From NCBI GenBank assembly GCA_965112735.1, contig OZ218963.1, forward strand, positions 1,984,001 to 2,048,000: a stretch of 64,000 nucleotides of DNA, in the 5' to 3' direction. The notes beneath the pieces were generated by a model. It saw only the letters and a program-made list of their open reading frames with translations, was not told where the DNA came from and searched no databases. Below, one piece after another: positions 43,392-55,038 of this stretch (position 1 is the first letter of the stretch; each line of letters opens with the position of its first letter). This stretch comes from Phaeosaccion multiseriatum. Its lineage: Eukaryota; Protista; Ochrophyta, other classes. Made by a program: the position numbers and the translations under genes.

Positions 43392-45434
43392 ATGGGTTGC
43401 AGCCTTTCTAATAACGCCAGTCCAGCCGAGATCGATGATGAATTATGTGAGTCGTTTGGTCCTAGTAAGGAGGTTTAAGCAAGGGGGACGGAGCACTTCC
43501 CTCGCACGTATAGCAGACAGCATTGCTTTTGTTGAAGGATACTACTACTCTGCTTCCTAATGTACTGGTGTGACTGTGGCCAAAGTCCTGCTGTTGCTGC
43601 TGCTGCTGCTGCTCGCCTTGGAAGTAGCGGTTGGCCCTCCTTGATTTATTTCAGGCTTGAGCGGAAGCAATAGCTGCTGCAAACGCGACAGTTGTAGAAG
43701 CCCGCAGCCGGGACCGGCTTGCAATGGAAATGTGTGGTATTTCTGGTATTTGCACACCCACCCCCTCAATCCAAAGCCTTCCTTAGATCCCCCGCATCAC
43801 CTTTCAAACTGCAGTGCTCTTGCCGCTTGGCGGGGGGGGGGGGGGGTGTTGCAAGGCGTCCCCCGTTTTTAGCATTACTCACGCACTGACTTATCACTCT
43901 CGTCTTCTTTCTGGCTTGACAGCACGCATGGCAGAGCAGGAGAAGCTGCATTACAAAATCCTCTTGCTGGGGGCAGGTGAATCGGGCAAGTCCACAGTAC
44001 TGAAGCAGGTGAGTGAATGAGTGTAGAGCGCGGTCAGTCTGTGTGTGAGACTTTCGGGCTTGACTCAGACTCTTTGCTTGTTTTCCCTCTGGCCACTAAC
44101 TCACTCCCTCTTCACATCCAACCACTTTCTTCAGGTCAAGCTGATTTACAAGGGCTCAATATCCTCCAAAGACAAGCAGCAGTGCACGCACGCGATTCGG
44201 AGGAATGCAGTGGAGTGCATGCAGGCCATCCTCACCGCCATGCCCTCGCTCAAAATTGACCTGAATTCGGCGGCAGCGAAGGAAGCACGGAGTCGGGTGG
44301 CGGCGTTAGAGGAGGACAGCACGTTCACAAGGGAGGTAGCGGCGGACATTGCTACGCTGTGGGCAGACCCAAATCTGCGCAAGGCATACGAGCAACGGGA
44401 TCTGTACTGGCTGCTTGACGGGGCCACTTACTACTTTCAAGAGGTGAGGAGCGTGTTGACGACTTGCTTTGCCTTCCTCCTTTTGACGCGCCGAGGTAGA
44501 TGACGGGTCAGTACGCATTGCCTTGTTGCTTGGAGCGGGTGCTTGGGACTTGGGAAAGGGAAAACACCTGGGTGTCAAGTCTTCCTGTTCTCTCTCCCTT
44601 TTCAACTCTTTTGCTGGCAATGGACATGGTTCCAAGAAGGCACTGGAACCGGAAGGGGGCAGAAGGGCCACAAGAGGGGAGGGGAGGGTTTCGAGCTGCG
44701 AAGGCTGGCTTGATGCACTTTGTCTGTTTGTCTGTCTGTGTGTCGCCATCCCTCTTGGCATTGGTGCTCACCCCCCCCCAACCCCCCCCCCCCCCTCCCT
44801 CCCTCTCTCTTATTCTCAGGTGCACCGCCTGGCAGAGCCTGATTTTGAGCCAACGGAGGAGGACGTGATTATGACTCGCATACGTACCACTGGGATTGAC
44901 AACACTGAATTTTCCGAGCCACCTCACAAGTACACGGTCGTAGATGTGGGCGGGCAGCGCAACGAGCGGCGCAAGTGGATCCACTGTTTCGACAATGTGA
45001 AGGCGGTTGTGTTCCTTGTGGGTCTCAGCGGTTACAGCCAGCGGCTCTTTGAGGACAGCGAGGTGAACAAGATGAAGGAGTCGCTCAAGCTGTTCGGCCA
45101 AGTGTCGAGCAACCCTCTCTTCCGAGATACACCCATCTTCCTCTTTCTCAACAAAAAGGACTTGTTCGAGTCCATGATTCGGCGAACACCCCTCAATGTG
45201 TGCTTTCCCGGCTATACGGGCCCAGAGGGAGACGTGCATGAAGCCATTTCATACATTGAGAATCAGTTCCGAGCTTTGATGGAGAAGGCATGCCCAGGAA
45301 AGAGGCTGTTTGTCCATGTGGTGGCTGCTCGTGTGCGGATGGATATGAAAGTGGCCTGGTCGGACGTCAAGGACCAACTCAAAGCAGTGTACGATCCCAA
45401 GAACAAGAATGGCGTCTGGGCGAAGATTACGTAA
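43392..45434 (+). CDS. Heterotrimeric G-protein alpha subunit
   Basis: Exons 43392-43446, 43923-44008, 44135-44443, 44820-45434. MGCSLS N-terminus (myristoylation/palmitoylation), KILLLGAGESGKST, RIRTTGI, DVGGQRNERRKWIHCFDNV, LFLNKKDLF. Confidence 0.96.
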
Positions 45435-46083
45435 CGACAGACAAGGCAACTGTGAGTTCACCAGGAGGAGGCGCTAGTTTGTTTGCACGGTTCACCGTGG
45501 GTTGGTTGACTTTGAAGTCTCGCTGCCAAGACTTGGGTCGTTTTTTCCGCCGTGCATTTTGGATCCATTTTGACAACAGGAGAGCAAGACGCATCAGATG
45601 GGAGTCGGACAGATGTGCAATTCCACCAACTGACGCGAAGGACGTAGTAGGCCCTTCTACAACTGGACTTTTGGGATTTGTATTGGTTTACTCCACCCAT
45701 GGGATGGATGTGTGCCCTGAGGAGCCTTGAGGAGCTGACGCCAGGGCAAGTGCGAGGGACAGGCCCACTCTAACGCTGCCAAGTCACGCCGGCGCTTGCT
45801 ATGCTTTTACGTTGGACGGCCGTCGTGCTGCTGTGGGGGTGAAGAGCTACACGAGTCGCAGACGAGTCCAGTAGGTGGGCAGGTGGACACATGGAGGGGG
45901 AGACAGGGTCATGCTCGCGGGGGGGGGGGAGGTGGTTCCTGGAAGAAAAGTCTTTCCTCTCTTAAAATTATCGTACGACTAGATACTCATCACAAACAAA
46001 ATATAATATACGTACAATACACAGGAAAGGGAAGGAACGAACGCCAGCTCACCAATAGCACCAGCGGCAGCCACGTTCTCCTG

Positions 46084-47821
46084 TTACATGACCTCTAACA
46101 CCAGGCTCTGCATCGTTAAGCCGGGGGAGAAGCCCAGGGCGCACACGTGTTTTCTGTCCTTCCTTGGGGCGTGGCACCTTCCCCTCCAGCCGAAGCGCCA
46201 AGAGTCTCTCCAGCCCCCTCTAGGGACGTCCTCCTCCCAACTCGCTCTATCATCCTCGCAAGCGCTGCCGCTTACGCTTCCATCGCCGCCCCCCTCTCCA
46301 CCACTGCTTGCCCCTCCAGTGCCATCGCTCCGTCGCCGCCTCCTGCCCCTGCCCCTCCGAAGGGTGCTTGTTTCCAGCTCCACCTCCTTGGCGTGTCGTT
46401 TCATGACCCTCTCCAGCACAAACAAGAGTGAGGCGCTGACCATATTTCCGTACTCCCGCAAGACCTGGCTTGAGTCTGCCAGCGCAGCCTCGCCCAACCC
46501 CAGTCCTGCGGCCGCTTCTTGTGCCACGCTGTGCCCCCCTGCGTGAAGCACCCAATAGTCTACCTCACCGCATGTGAGGCTTTTGTTCTTCAACACTTTG
46601 TGGGTGAAGGGGGGCAGGTGTTGACTCACGTAGTCGCGCAGCGACTTGCTAATGGCACAGGATACCGCCTGTGGCCCCATCTTGATGGTAATCCCATCTT
46701 CTGTTGCAGGTGCCACGTGCTGAGCAATGTCCAGCACTGCCAAACTTCCTCGCGGCCCTTTGCCGTGAGGGACGGCCGCGAGTACCACGGCCGCACACCC
46801 GTCTCCGAAGATGGCATGAGAGATGGCGTCATTGACCGTGTCGTTGAAGGTGCTGTGGATGCTTGGCAGCTCGCAGCACACCAACAATGCGTGTTTTCCC
46901 GGGTTGGTCTGCACGAAGTTGCCCGCTACCCGCACACCATTAATGGCCGCGCCGCAGCCCACAAAGGTCATCACCGTTCGGTCAATATCGTTGCATAGGC
47001 CAATGCGTCGGATCACATCGGCGTCTAGGGGGTACCCCGCCGTGCCTGTGGTGGTGACAAGTACAATCTTGCCAATGTCCTCCAGCCGAACTCCTGCCTC
47101 TTTGATGGCGCGGCTGGCTGCTTCGGTCGCAAGAGGCACTGCACACTCTCTAAACATGTCGGCGCGTCGGCTGGCATCGAGGGAAAAACTTCCGTCGGCA
47201 GGAAAGAAGGGGGGTTGATGGTGGTGATGATCATCATCATCATGATCGCTTTCCCCCTCAAGTGATGGAATTGTAACGTCGCCATCGCTGTTGGCTCCTG
47301 CCGCGGCACCCCCACCCCCACTCGGATGGTGGCAAAAGTCTGGGATTGCAAAGCATCGTGTCTGAATGTGTGTTCCTAAGTAAAGCCTGTGTGTATTGCA
47401 GAGGGAAAGAGTTGGATTACAAGAAAGATGGAGAGGGAAGGGCGTGCAGCGAAGGCTTGAGGAAGAAGACGGACGGATAGATGGACCGTGCAGACACGCA
47501 AGGCTGACATTCCCTTCCCACCAACCTTTCCAAAATTGGCGCCGTGTGGAAGAGTTTTCGCAGTCCCTTGGCATGCTTTAGAAGCTGCAGCTGGTGCACC
47601 TTATAGGGCGGAGAGGCCGTGGCAATGCTGATGATGACCACCTGCAGCTGCTCTCTCCTGGCGTTGCCGCTACTAGCTCCCAAGTGCGCCAACCCCCACT
47701 GAGGGGGTGTCCTTCTCCTCCCCCCCCAAAGTGCAATGAAGAGCGCGAGGCCCAGCAGAACACTCGCAACAAAGACGACCAGCAAGGGTTCTGCATCTAC
47801 CCGGCCCGCCTCCTCTTCCAT
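46084..47821 (-). CDS. Type III polyketide synthase (chalcone-synthase superfamily, PKS18/EsPKS1-like) with an N-terminal transmembrane segment
   Basis: Exons 47821-47526 and 47386-46084. Motifs: IISIATASPPY, VLVTTTG, FVGCGAAING (catalytic Cys), CELPSIH, HAIFGDGCAA, TEDGIT, WVLHAGG (His), YGNMVSAS (Asn), GFSPGLT. N-terminus LLVVFVASVLLGLALFIALW followed by RRR. Confidence 0.93.
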
Positions 47822-47876
47822 CCCTCCCTTTCCTTGGGGCTGTTCGCTCTGTTCTTTGGAAAACACGCACAAGGCC

Positions 47877-47938
47877 AGAGCTATCGAAGACACGACATTT
47901 GAGAGCCGTGGAGGCCCAGAGAGCTATCGAAGACACGA
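47877..47938. repeat. 19-bp direct repeat AGAGCTATCGAAGACACGA x2 upstream of the PKS ATG
   Basis: Copies at 47877-47895 and 47920-47938. Confidence 0.85.
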
Positions 47939-48027
47939 TATTCTGGGCTCATCGAGGTCTTCCTTAGAAAGAGGAGGTGGGCCCGAAGGAATTAAGTGCC
48001 ATCTATTGCCTAAAAGTAACGTCTTTA

Positions 48028-48127
48028 TGACGCGCTATCCGCTATCCGCCGGCGCCAGCCGGCGCGCTATCTGCTATCGGCCGCTGAGCGTGTATCGAGA
48101 ATGTGGGCGATAGCGCGTCAGGGTCGA
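48028..48127. mobile_element. Short inverted-repeat element of the TCGA-CCC family (left terminus truncated)
   Basis: TGACGCGCTATC (48028-39) and GATAGCGCGTCA (48109-20) form a perfect 12-bp IR, followed by GGG-TCGA; internal GCTATC and GCCGGC repeats. Confidence 0.65.
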
Positions 48128-48191
48128 CTCTCATCCTCCCCCTCGTGTTGATACCAGAGCCATAGGGAAGGAAGAGGATTAGAAGAATTGC

Positions 48192-48192
<1 letters not shown>

Positions 48193-48226
<34 letters not shown>

Positions 48227-48316
48227 TGTGGCTGTATGTGCGTGCGTGGCTGTGTGTGTGTGTGAGTGTGCGTGTGTGAGTGTGTTTGTGTGTTTGTGTG
48301 TGTGTGTGTGTGTGAG

Positions 48317-48348
<32 letters not shown>

Positions 48349-48365
48349 GCTGTGGCTGTGTGTGG

Positions 48366-48447
<82 letters not shown>

Positions 48448-48465
48448 CCGTGTGTGTGCGTGTGT
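48193..48465. repeat. (GT)n microsatellite, intergenic
   Basis: About 270 bp of imperfect GT. Confidence 0.97.
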
Positions 48466-49265
48466 CTAGGGTTTGCTGGGGGCCCTTTTTACTCTCCGTC
48501 CTGGCCGAGGAGGGGGAGCGCTGGTCCGGTGCCGCGGTTGAGCCGTCCCAGCCAGGTTGCTCGAGAGCCACATCTGATGACTGCAGCTGGCTGGTAACAA
48601 GGCGTCGAACTTTAGACAGGATGTGTCGACGTGGCCTTGGCGGTGGAAGAGCCGGTGCGCCCGGTGCGGGAGACGAGCGACGTGCTCAACCGGGGCGTGT
48701 AGAAGCATTCTTCTTCCTTGTGCCCGTGCGCCAACGAGTCATCCAGCCATGGGTCTTGAGGCGCACTCCCTCATTTTCTCCGTGTGGGTCTCGCTGGCTG
48801 CCGCTGCCGCTCCAGGCCTGACGTTCGTGTGGCTGGAGCACATTCAGGCCGTCCTGCAATTGCTGTTACTCTGTGGACGTGGGTTGTTGGGTCACTAGCG
48901 CCAGAGAGGGTGCCGCGGCGGAGGGTGGCGTCCATGCAGTATGTCCCCGCCATGTTGTGCGGGGGAAGGAAGTACTCCGAGCTCTCGTGTCCGACGCTGG
49001 GGACAAAGTTGCTTCTTCTTGAACATGTCCTCGATGGAGGAAGCATGCCAGTGTCGTGTCGATTGGTTGGGGCACCACATGGCGTGGAAGGAGACGGCGC
49101 GGGTGTTTGCAGCGGGGGTAGCTAGACGAGTGCGTCGGGCACGCCTGGTCCGTACAGGCAGTTGATGCCAAGGGAGCGTTCTTGCGTGTGTATTTCATCA
49201 TGAAATCCTGTATGGCTAGCGGACCGACCAGCCACCGTGCAAGCAACATGAGCGACCAATTGCTG

Positions 49266-49454
49266 TCGGCCCCTGACAAGGTTCTGAGGCGACCCAGGCC
49301 AGAACCTGGAACCTGGCCCGCTGGCGAGGCTTGGCAGAGCAGCCTTGGCCCTCATCATTGCCTTATTACATGGCTTTCCCCCAGAACCTGGAACCTGGCC
49401 GGCGCCGGCCAGAACCTGGAACCTGGGTCGCCTCAGAACCTTATCAGGGGCCGA
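49266..49454. mobile_element. MITE-like element with 33-bp TIRs
   Basis: TCGGCCCCTGACAAGGTTCTGAGGCGACCCAGG ... CCTGGGTCGCCTCAGAACCTTATCAGGGGCCGA (1 mismatch in 33); three internal CCAGAACCTGGAACCTGG repeats; no clean outer TSD. Confidence 0.85.
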
Positions 49455-49692
49455 TTGCGTTACGTACTCCATATGCCTCCGTGCCCACAGAAGCGATGAA
49501 CCCCTTAATGATAGAGGGATTGGTCCCCTCCCCTATCGTGGAGGCGAGACTATAGGGCCACTATATAAGATCGGAAACCCTCGCCCCCCTGAAGAATGTC
49601 ACTCTCCTCTGAAACTCACCAATGGTTGTTCTTTACGATTGGGAGGAGGTTTAAAGATGGCAGCAGATGGTACGATTTGTGCTTTCGTCGTT

Positions 49693-49946
49693 TCGACCCT
49701 GACAAGACAGCCATGGCATATTCCTCACGTTCTGACACTTATTGAGCAACACCACCGTCAATAGCTGATAGCGTGCCGCCGGCGCCGGCAGTAGCTGATA
49801 ACGCCGGCTGGAGCTTGCCCTGCCCTACCCTGCCCATACGCCTGTCATTGCCTGCCCAATACCTTTGCCTAAGCTAGCTAGGAGCTGACGCCATAGGCGA
49901 TGGCTTACCGGCGATAGCAGGTAGCACGTAGCACGTCACGGGTCGA
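49693..49946. mobile_element. Short element of the TCGA-CCC...GGG-TCGA family
   Basis: TCGA-CCCTGAC ... GTCACGGG-TCGA; internal TAGCTGATA, GCCGGCGCCGGC and GTAGCAC repeats of the same type as at 42933 and 48028. Confidence 0.65.
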
Positions 49947-50000
49947 ATAGTGTATCGTGTTACTAAAAACTTTGGCACTCTCGGTGTTGCCCCTTTGGTG

Positions 50001-52372
50001 TCATGTTTCTATCCATCGCTTGACGTTGGCGGCGGCTGCTGACAGGGAGGTGGCGCCCCACCGCTTCAACCAAGGCGAGTCCAGCAGCCTGTCAGCTTGC
50101 CAGCGCTCACGGTGATTCTTTTGTAGGCAGCACTCGATGAACCGACAAAACTCGTGCGAAAACTGGTCCACAGAAGGTGGGGCAGGAAATCGAGGGGGTG
50201 AGAAGGCGAAAAGGGCAAGCTCACTCCAGTGCTGCCCTTCTCCACTATCCGTCACAGAGAGAAACGTTCAGAGAGAGAAAGCTTGTCCAAGTACACGAGA
50301 GAAAACGCCCCGACCCCCGAAGCCCAAACAGCACCCACAGCAAAGGGCTCCGGCGCGCACAAACTGGGATTCACATTTCATTCGTCTTTCTTCTCACCTT
50401 GGAGGAATCCAGGCGCGGCGTGTCAGACTCGAGCATAGTCTGAACCATGTCAATTGCCGTCTTCTCCTCCGTATACGGATACCGCCCCGTGGCCACCTCC
50501 ATAAGCGAGATACCCAGACTCCACACGTCCGAGGCGTAACTGTACTGCTCGCTGCGGATGCGCTCCGGCGACATATACTTAAACGTGCCTACGAAGGTGC
50601 CGCACATGGCAATGGAGTTCTGCAGCTCCGCGGAGATGCCGAAGTCTGTGATTTTGACCTTTTGTTGTTGGGCCGAGTGGAGTGAGTGGGTGGTGCGTGT
50701 ACAGGGGAGAAGGGGGGGGGGAAGATGATGAGGAGAGCGAGAGCTGAGCATGTCATGCGCACACACATTATACACGCACACTCTCTGTCTCTCTACGGCA
50801 CGTGTACACCAACATGCACCACCACACAAAAAGTGGGCACGCCCCTTCGCCGTTCGACGCACCTGTCCCCTGCTGTCGATGAGGAGATTGCTGGGCTTGA
50901 TGTCTCTATGAAGACGCTTCTCATGCTTCAAGTAAGCCAAGCCCCACAGGATTTGGTACGTAACGTTGGCCAACGTTCCCTCAGGAATGGGGCCGCACTG
51001 CGCGTAAGAGCAGGGCATGGGAAGGGAGGTGGCGAGACATGTGATGTCAAGCAGCACTTCGTCCGAGCAGCAAAAAGAAGGCAGGACAGCTTCGTAGAAC
51101 ACCTTCACGTTCTAATGGGAGTGTTCAGTCCCGTGCCGTTTCTCTCTAGCTCAGTAAGCAAGCAAGCAGGCGAGCAGGCAAGCAATCAAGCATCAAGAGC
51201 AAGCAAGGGAAAGGCTGGTTGGGTTGTTCGTCTTCATGTTCGTGCAGCAGCGACGCCCGCACCCACCAGCAGGACAGCTTGTAAAGCAATCAAGCGTCAA
51301 GAGCAAGCAAGGGAAAGGCTGGTTGGGTTGTTCGTCTTCATGTTCGTGCAGCAGCGACGCCCGCACCCACCTGCTCGAGGACGTTGGCCAAGCTGCCTCC
51401 ATCCATGTACTCAAGGGCGATGGTGATGGCTCCCTCGCGGTAAAAGGCGCCCCAAAAGTGAATGAGTGTGTCACACTCGGCGTCGTAGAGAAAATTGATC
51501 TCGTTGATGAGTTGGTGCCTTGAGGAGAGGCAAGCACACAGAGAGAGAAGGAGACATGCAACGAGAGAGGAGAGGGAGGTTAGAGACCAGAGAGATGGGA
51601 GGGAGGGAGGGATTTAGGAGCATACGCTCGACGGGGGTGTCCCCACTTGCATCCGTCTCTTCTACTCGACAGGGTCTGACTAATTTGTGCGTCGTAAAGA
51701 ATGTAACGAGCGGAACGCACCTGTTGCTCTTGTCGTGCATCTTGATGACCTTGAGCGCCAGCAGCGTGTTGGAGCTGATGTGCCTGGCCATACAGACAAC
51801 ACTCGAGCAGCCCTGCCCAATAACCTTGCCGATTTCGAGGTCCTCGAATACAACCTATTGACCAAAGAGGGAGGGAGGGAATCATCAGCGGGGATGAAGC
51901 TGTGGGTTGTGGCAAACAGATGTTGTGATCATGGGCGTGCGTAGCTCAGTGCGTGCGTAGTTCAGTGCAAGGGCGGACGATGAGTCGCGCTAGCATTGAT
52001 CATGTGCGCAATAGACATCCCCTACGAAAGTGCGTACCGTGAAGCGCTTATTCTCTCCCTCCTTGACGAGCCCATTGGAATGGATGGCGTAACCCTCCTT
52101 CCTAAATACGTCGCCTTTTGAACCGCACAGGGGATGTGGGGGAAGGAGAGATCAGGAGCATTGGGACAAACTCACGAGCAAGACATTCCCTCGGCCTCCC
52201 TATCTACAAGGACGTGCCCTCATCCTCTCTCATGACTGCATCCTGCACCCGCGACAGCCCCCCTTGACACAACCTGCCCCTCCCTACCTCCGGAAGCCTC
52301 GAAGCTGAGATCAAAGCTGTTCTCCAAGTTTCCACCGGTTAGAATGGGCGCTGGCCTCTTAGGACGATTCAT
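50001..52372 (-). CDS. MAP kinase kinase (STE7 family)
   Basis: Exons (minus): 52372-52288, 52114-52038, 51854-51721, 51518-51371, 50997-50863, 50658-50398, 50162-50001. Docking-like MNRPKRPAPIL, IGQGCSSVV, ALKVI, LEYMDGGSL, HRDIKPSNLL, DFGISAELQNSIAMCGTFVGTFKYMSPERI (S-x5-T loop), DVWSLG. Confidence 0.95.
51180..51371. repeat. Direct duplication (88 bp, period 104) that includes the intron-4 donor of the MAPKK
   Basis: 51180-51267 and 51284-51371 differ at one base. Confidence 0.92.
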
Positions 52373-52717
52373 CGCGCAACGTGCTCTCTTTCCCTCTTAC
52401 CCAGCCCTTTGCGATTTTGCAGGCCGCACCCTGGGAGAAGGCCCCAGGCCTCGCCCGGAGCTCACTCGTTTCGTAACGGGTCAGTGTGTGCAGAAACTGA
52501 GGGACAACAAGAGAGACAACTTCGCATGAGTCAAGCTTTCATCCGAGACGATCGAAAAGGACCTTTTCCCTTACAGAGGACTACTAGATCTCGCGGAGAG
52601 GTGATTGTTGTGGTTGTTGTTTTTGCTTATTTTTTTGTTTTTGCGATCCTTCGCCGCCAGAGCTCAGAGCCGAAACTCAAACTAAAACAGTTAACGCTCG
52701 CACGCGAAAAAAAAAAA
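52373..52717. promoter_or_regulatory. Putative bidirectional promoter between MAPKK (-) and CEP131-like (+)
   Basis: 345 bp between divergent ATGs; positional evidence only. Confidence 0.45.
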
Positions 52718-55038
52718 ATGGCTCCGAATGGGAGCTCCAAAGAAAGGGGGCGGAGGAACCGATCAGTAGCCTCCAAGTCTTACAATGCCATCAAGGCTCA
52801 GCTTGTCTCACTCAATCTTGAAATAGAGGTAGGCCATTAAGAGAGAGGAAGGAGATGTGAATGGGAGGGAGCTGACTCTGCCTTGCTCGTGTGCCTTCCC
52901 ACCCATACATCCCTGAGACCAGGATCAGAAGAGCGCAGGAGATCTACTGCGAGCAGCCCTCGCAAGAGAGGAGGAAGCAGGCTCGCATCTGGGGGAGCAG
53001 GTGGCTGCTCCAGACAGAGAGGAGACGGAGCGTCGAAGTCGGGAGCACAAGGAGGATCTGGCTCGCATGCTGGAGAGGCTGGATCAGGTACGGCAAGGAA
53101 TCACGCTTCTTGTTCTCTTCTCAAGGCTGCAGTCAGCCCTAGATCTTTGACAGTACATTGCTGTCAACTCTTGCTGTCAACTCTTCCCCCCTCCCTTCTC
53201 TGGGGTTCTCCACAGCTCCTCACGACAAAGAAGCAACTGGGGGAAGATGCGAGGGTTCTTATTGCTCAAGTCAAGGCCGAAGAGGCCGCGACAGCAACAA
53301 GCATCAAGAACCTTCGGCTAGTGGCGCACGAGGAGCTAGAAACCGCGAAAGTCACCTGGGGGGCAGGAGAGGCATCCAGGAGGGAAAAGTGGATGAGCCA
53401 AAAGACACTGGAGATGAGGGAGATGACGGTCAGAGGGCTGGAGCCGGAGATTGAGCGGCTCATGGACAAGCACAAGGCAGACTCGGAGAACTTGGAACAA
53501 GAGCGGCATGTGAGTGTGTGACTGTCAGTTTGGGCCAGCGGCCGGCCGCGAGCATTCATTCGATAGGCAGGCAGACAGGGCTACTCTCTCTCTCTTCTCT
53601 CTATCATGCTTTGTCGTCCCGCTGCAATTTTGCGCCTTTTACAGCGAGGGCAGTGTCGAACGGTGATTGGTCAAGTTCGCAACCAAGCACCCACCCACCC
53701 ACGCCCCCACCCATTTGGATATTATCACCCCAGCTAGAGACGCAGAGACTGCGGCAACGCTTGCTGGCGCGCCGAGAGGACCTCATTTCCGCTGAGAGAA
53801 GCCGCGTGAGTGGCTTGGCCGACGATCAAATGCAGAAGGACCGACACGCCGCGGCGTCCACTAAACAGGGCCTTGTGGAGGAGGCAGAGGGTCAGCTGCA
53901 GCGCCTGAGAAAGAGGCTGGCAGAGGAGCTGGAGCAGCAGAGAACGTGGCAAGATGAGGAGTTGAGGAGATTAGAAATGACGGCAGAGAGGGATGTCATT
54001 CGGAAGCGGGAAGAGCATGCGGAGAGGTTACAGCAGAGGAGGAAGAAGCACACGGAGAAAGTGGAAGCGGCGAAGAGACAGCTGGCAAAGAGTCTGGAGG
54101 CGGTCGACAATCACGCGCAGGAGGAGAGAGAGACGTGGGAAGCAAGGGCGAGGGCGGAACATAAGAGCAGGGCCAGAGCCGAGGAAGACAAGGCCGCTCG
54201 TAGGGAGGGTGAAACAATGCGCGTATTGAGGGACAAGCAGGTGAGAAGGAGAGGCAGAGGATATGTATGACCGTAACCGTCACCACGACCACCGTTTCAT
54301 CATCCGCCCCCCTCCTTTCCTCTGTACTCGGTGCATTCCATTGTATCTCACGGGTCCTCTCCACCACCCATATGATTGATTCGTCCCTCGCAGATTGATG
54401 CCGCCATCCGCGAGTTGCACGCGGAAAGGCAGGCGGGAGAGAGGGCATCCAAAGCAGCCGCAGCAGCGGAAGTTGCTCAGCTGCGCGAGAAACACTCGCG
54501 CGAGGTGGAGGAGGTCCATCGGAAGCAGGAGCAGTGGAGAAGAGGCTGTCGGCATGGTACCGCCGCATTGGACCTTGAGGTGATGGAGAGGTTGCAGGAG
54601 ACCAAGAGGGCACTCCTCGTGCGGCAGCGAGAAGTAGAGGCCGGCGTGGCTCACCTCAGGGCCAAGGCCGACGAGGTGAACGAGCGCCAAGAGAGGGAAC
54701 AGGACAAGGGAACGGCCCGAGAAGCGGCCTTGGTGTCCGAGCACACAGACCTCATGCGCAGCTTGTTGGAGCGACGGCAGGAGCTCGAGGCACGAGTGGA
54801 GAGAGCGGAACGAGGCATACGGGATGGGGAGGCGACACATCGGACGGCGCTGGACAAGGCCACAGAGGAGCACGAGAGCATCCTGGAGGCGCTGCAGACT
54901 GGCGTTCAGCGCCGTGTGGCCGAGATTGACGCCCAGATGGGGGATCTGAAGGACGCGCTGTACACGGAGACCCTTCGAGCGGACTCGGGCACGCGCATGC
55001 TGAAGCAGTACGGCCAAGTTCAAGTTGAAGGGCAGTAG
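52718..55038 (+). CDS. CEP131: CEP131/AZI1-like centriolar coiled-coil protein
   Basis: Exons 52718-52828, 52923-53087, 53216-53509, 53734-54240, 54394-55038. REKWMSQKTLEMREMTVRGLEPEIERLMDKHK matches the CEP131 signature as I recall it (EKW...K..TVRGLEPEI..L...HK); RDKQIDAAIREL is also CEP131-like. Confidence 0.8.

Noticed and set aside
45731-45743. 13-bp match GGAGCTGACGCCA shared with 49881-49893
   Set aside because: Too short, and no element termini around it; may be chance.
48192-48821. 209-aa Cys/Val-rich ORF, possible metallothionein
   Set aside because: Translation of (GT)n.
43392-52372. G-alpha + PKS + MAPKK as a biosynthetic or defence gene cluster
   Set aside because: No tailoring enzymes or transporters and no shared motif shown; adjacency alone is not evidence.
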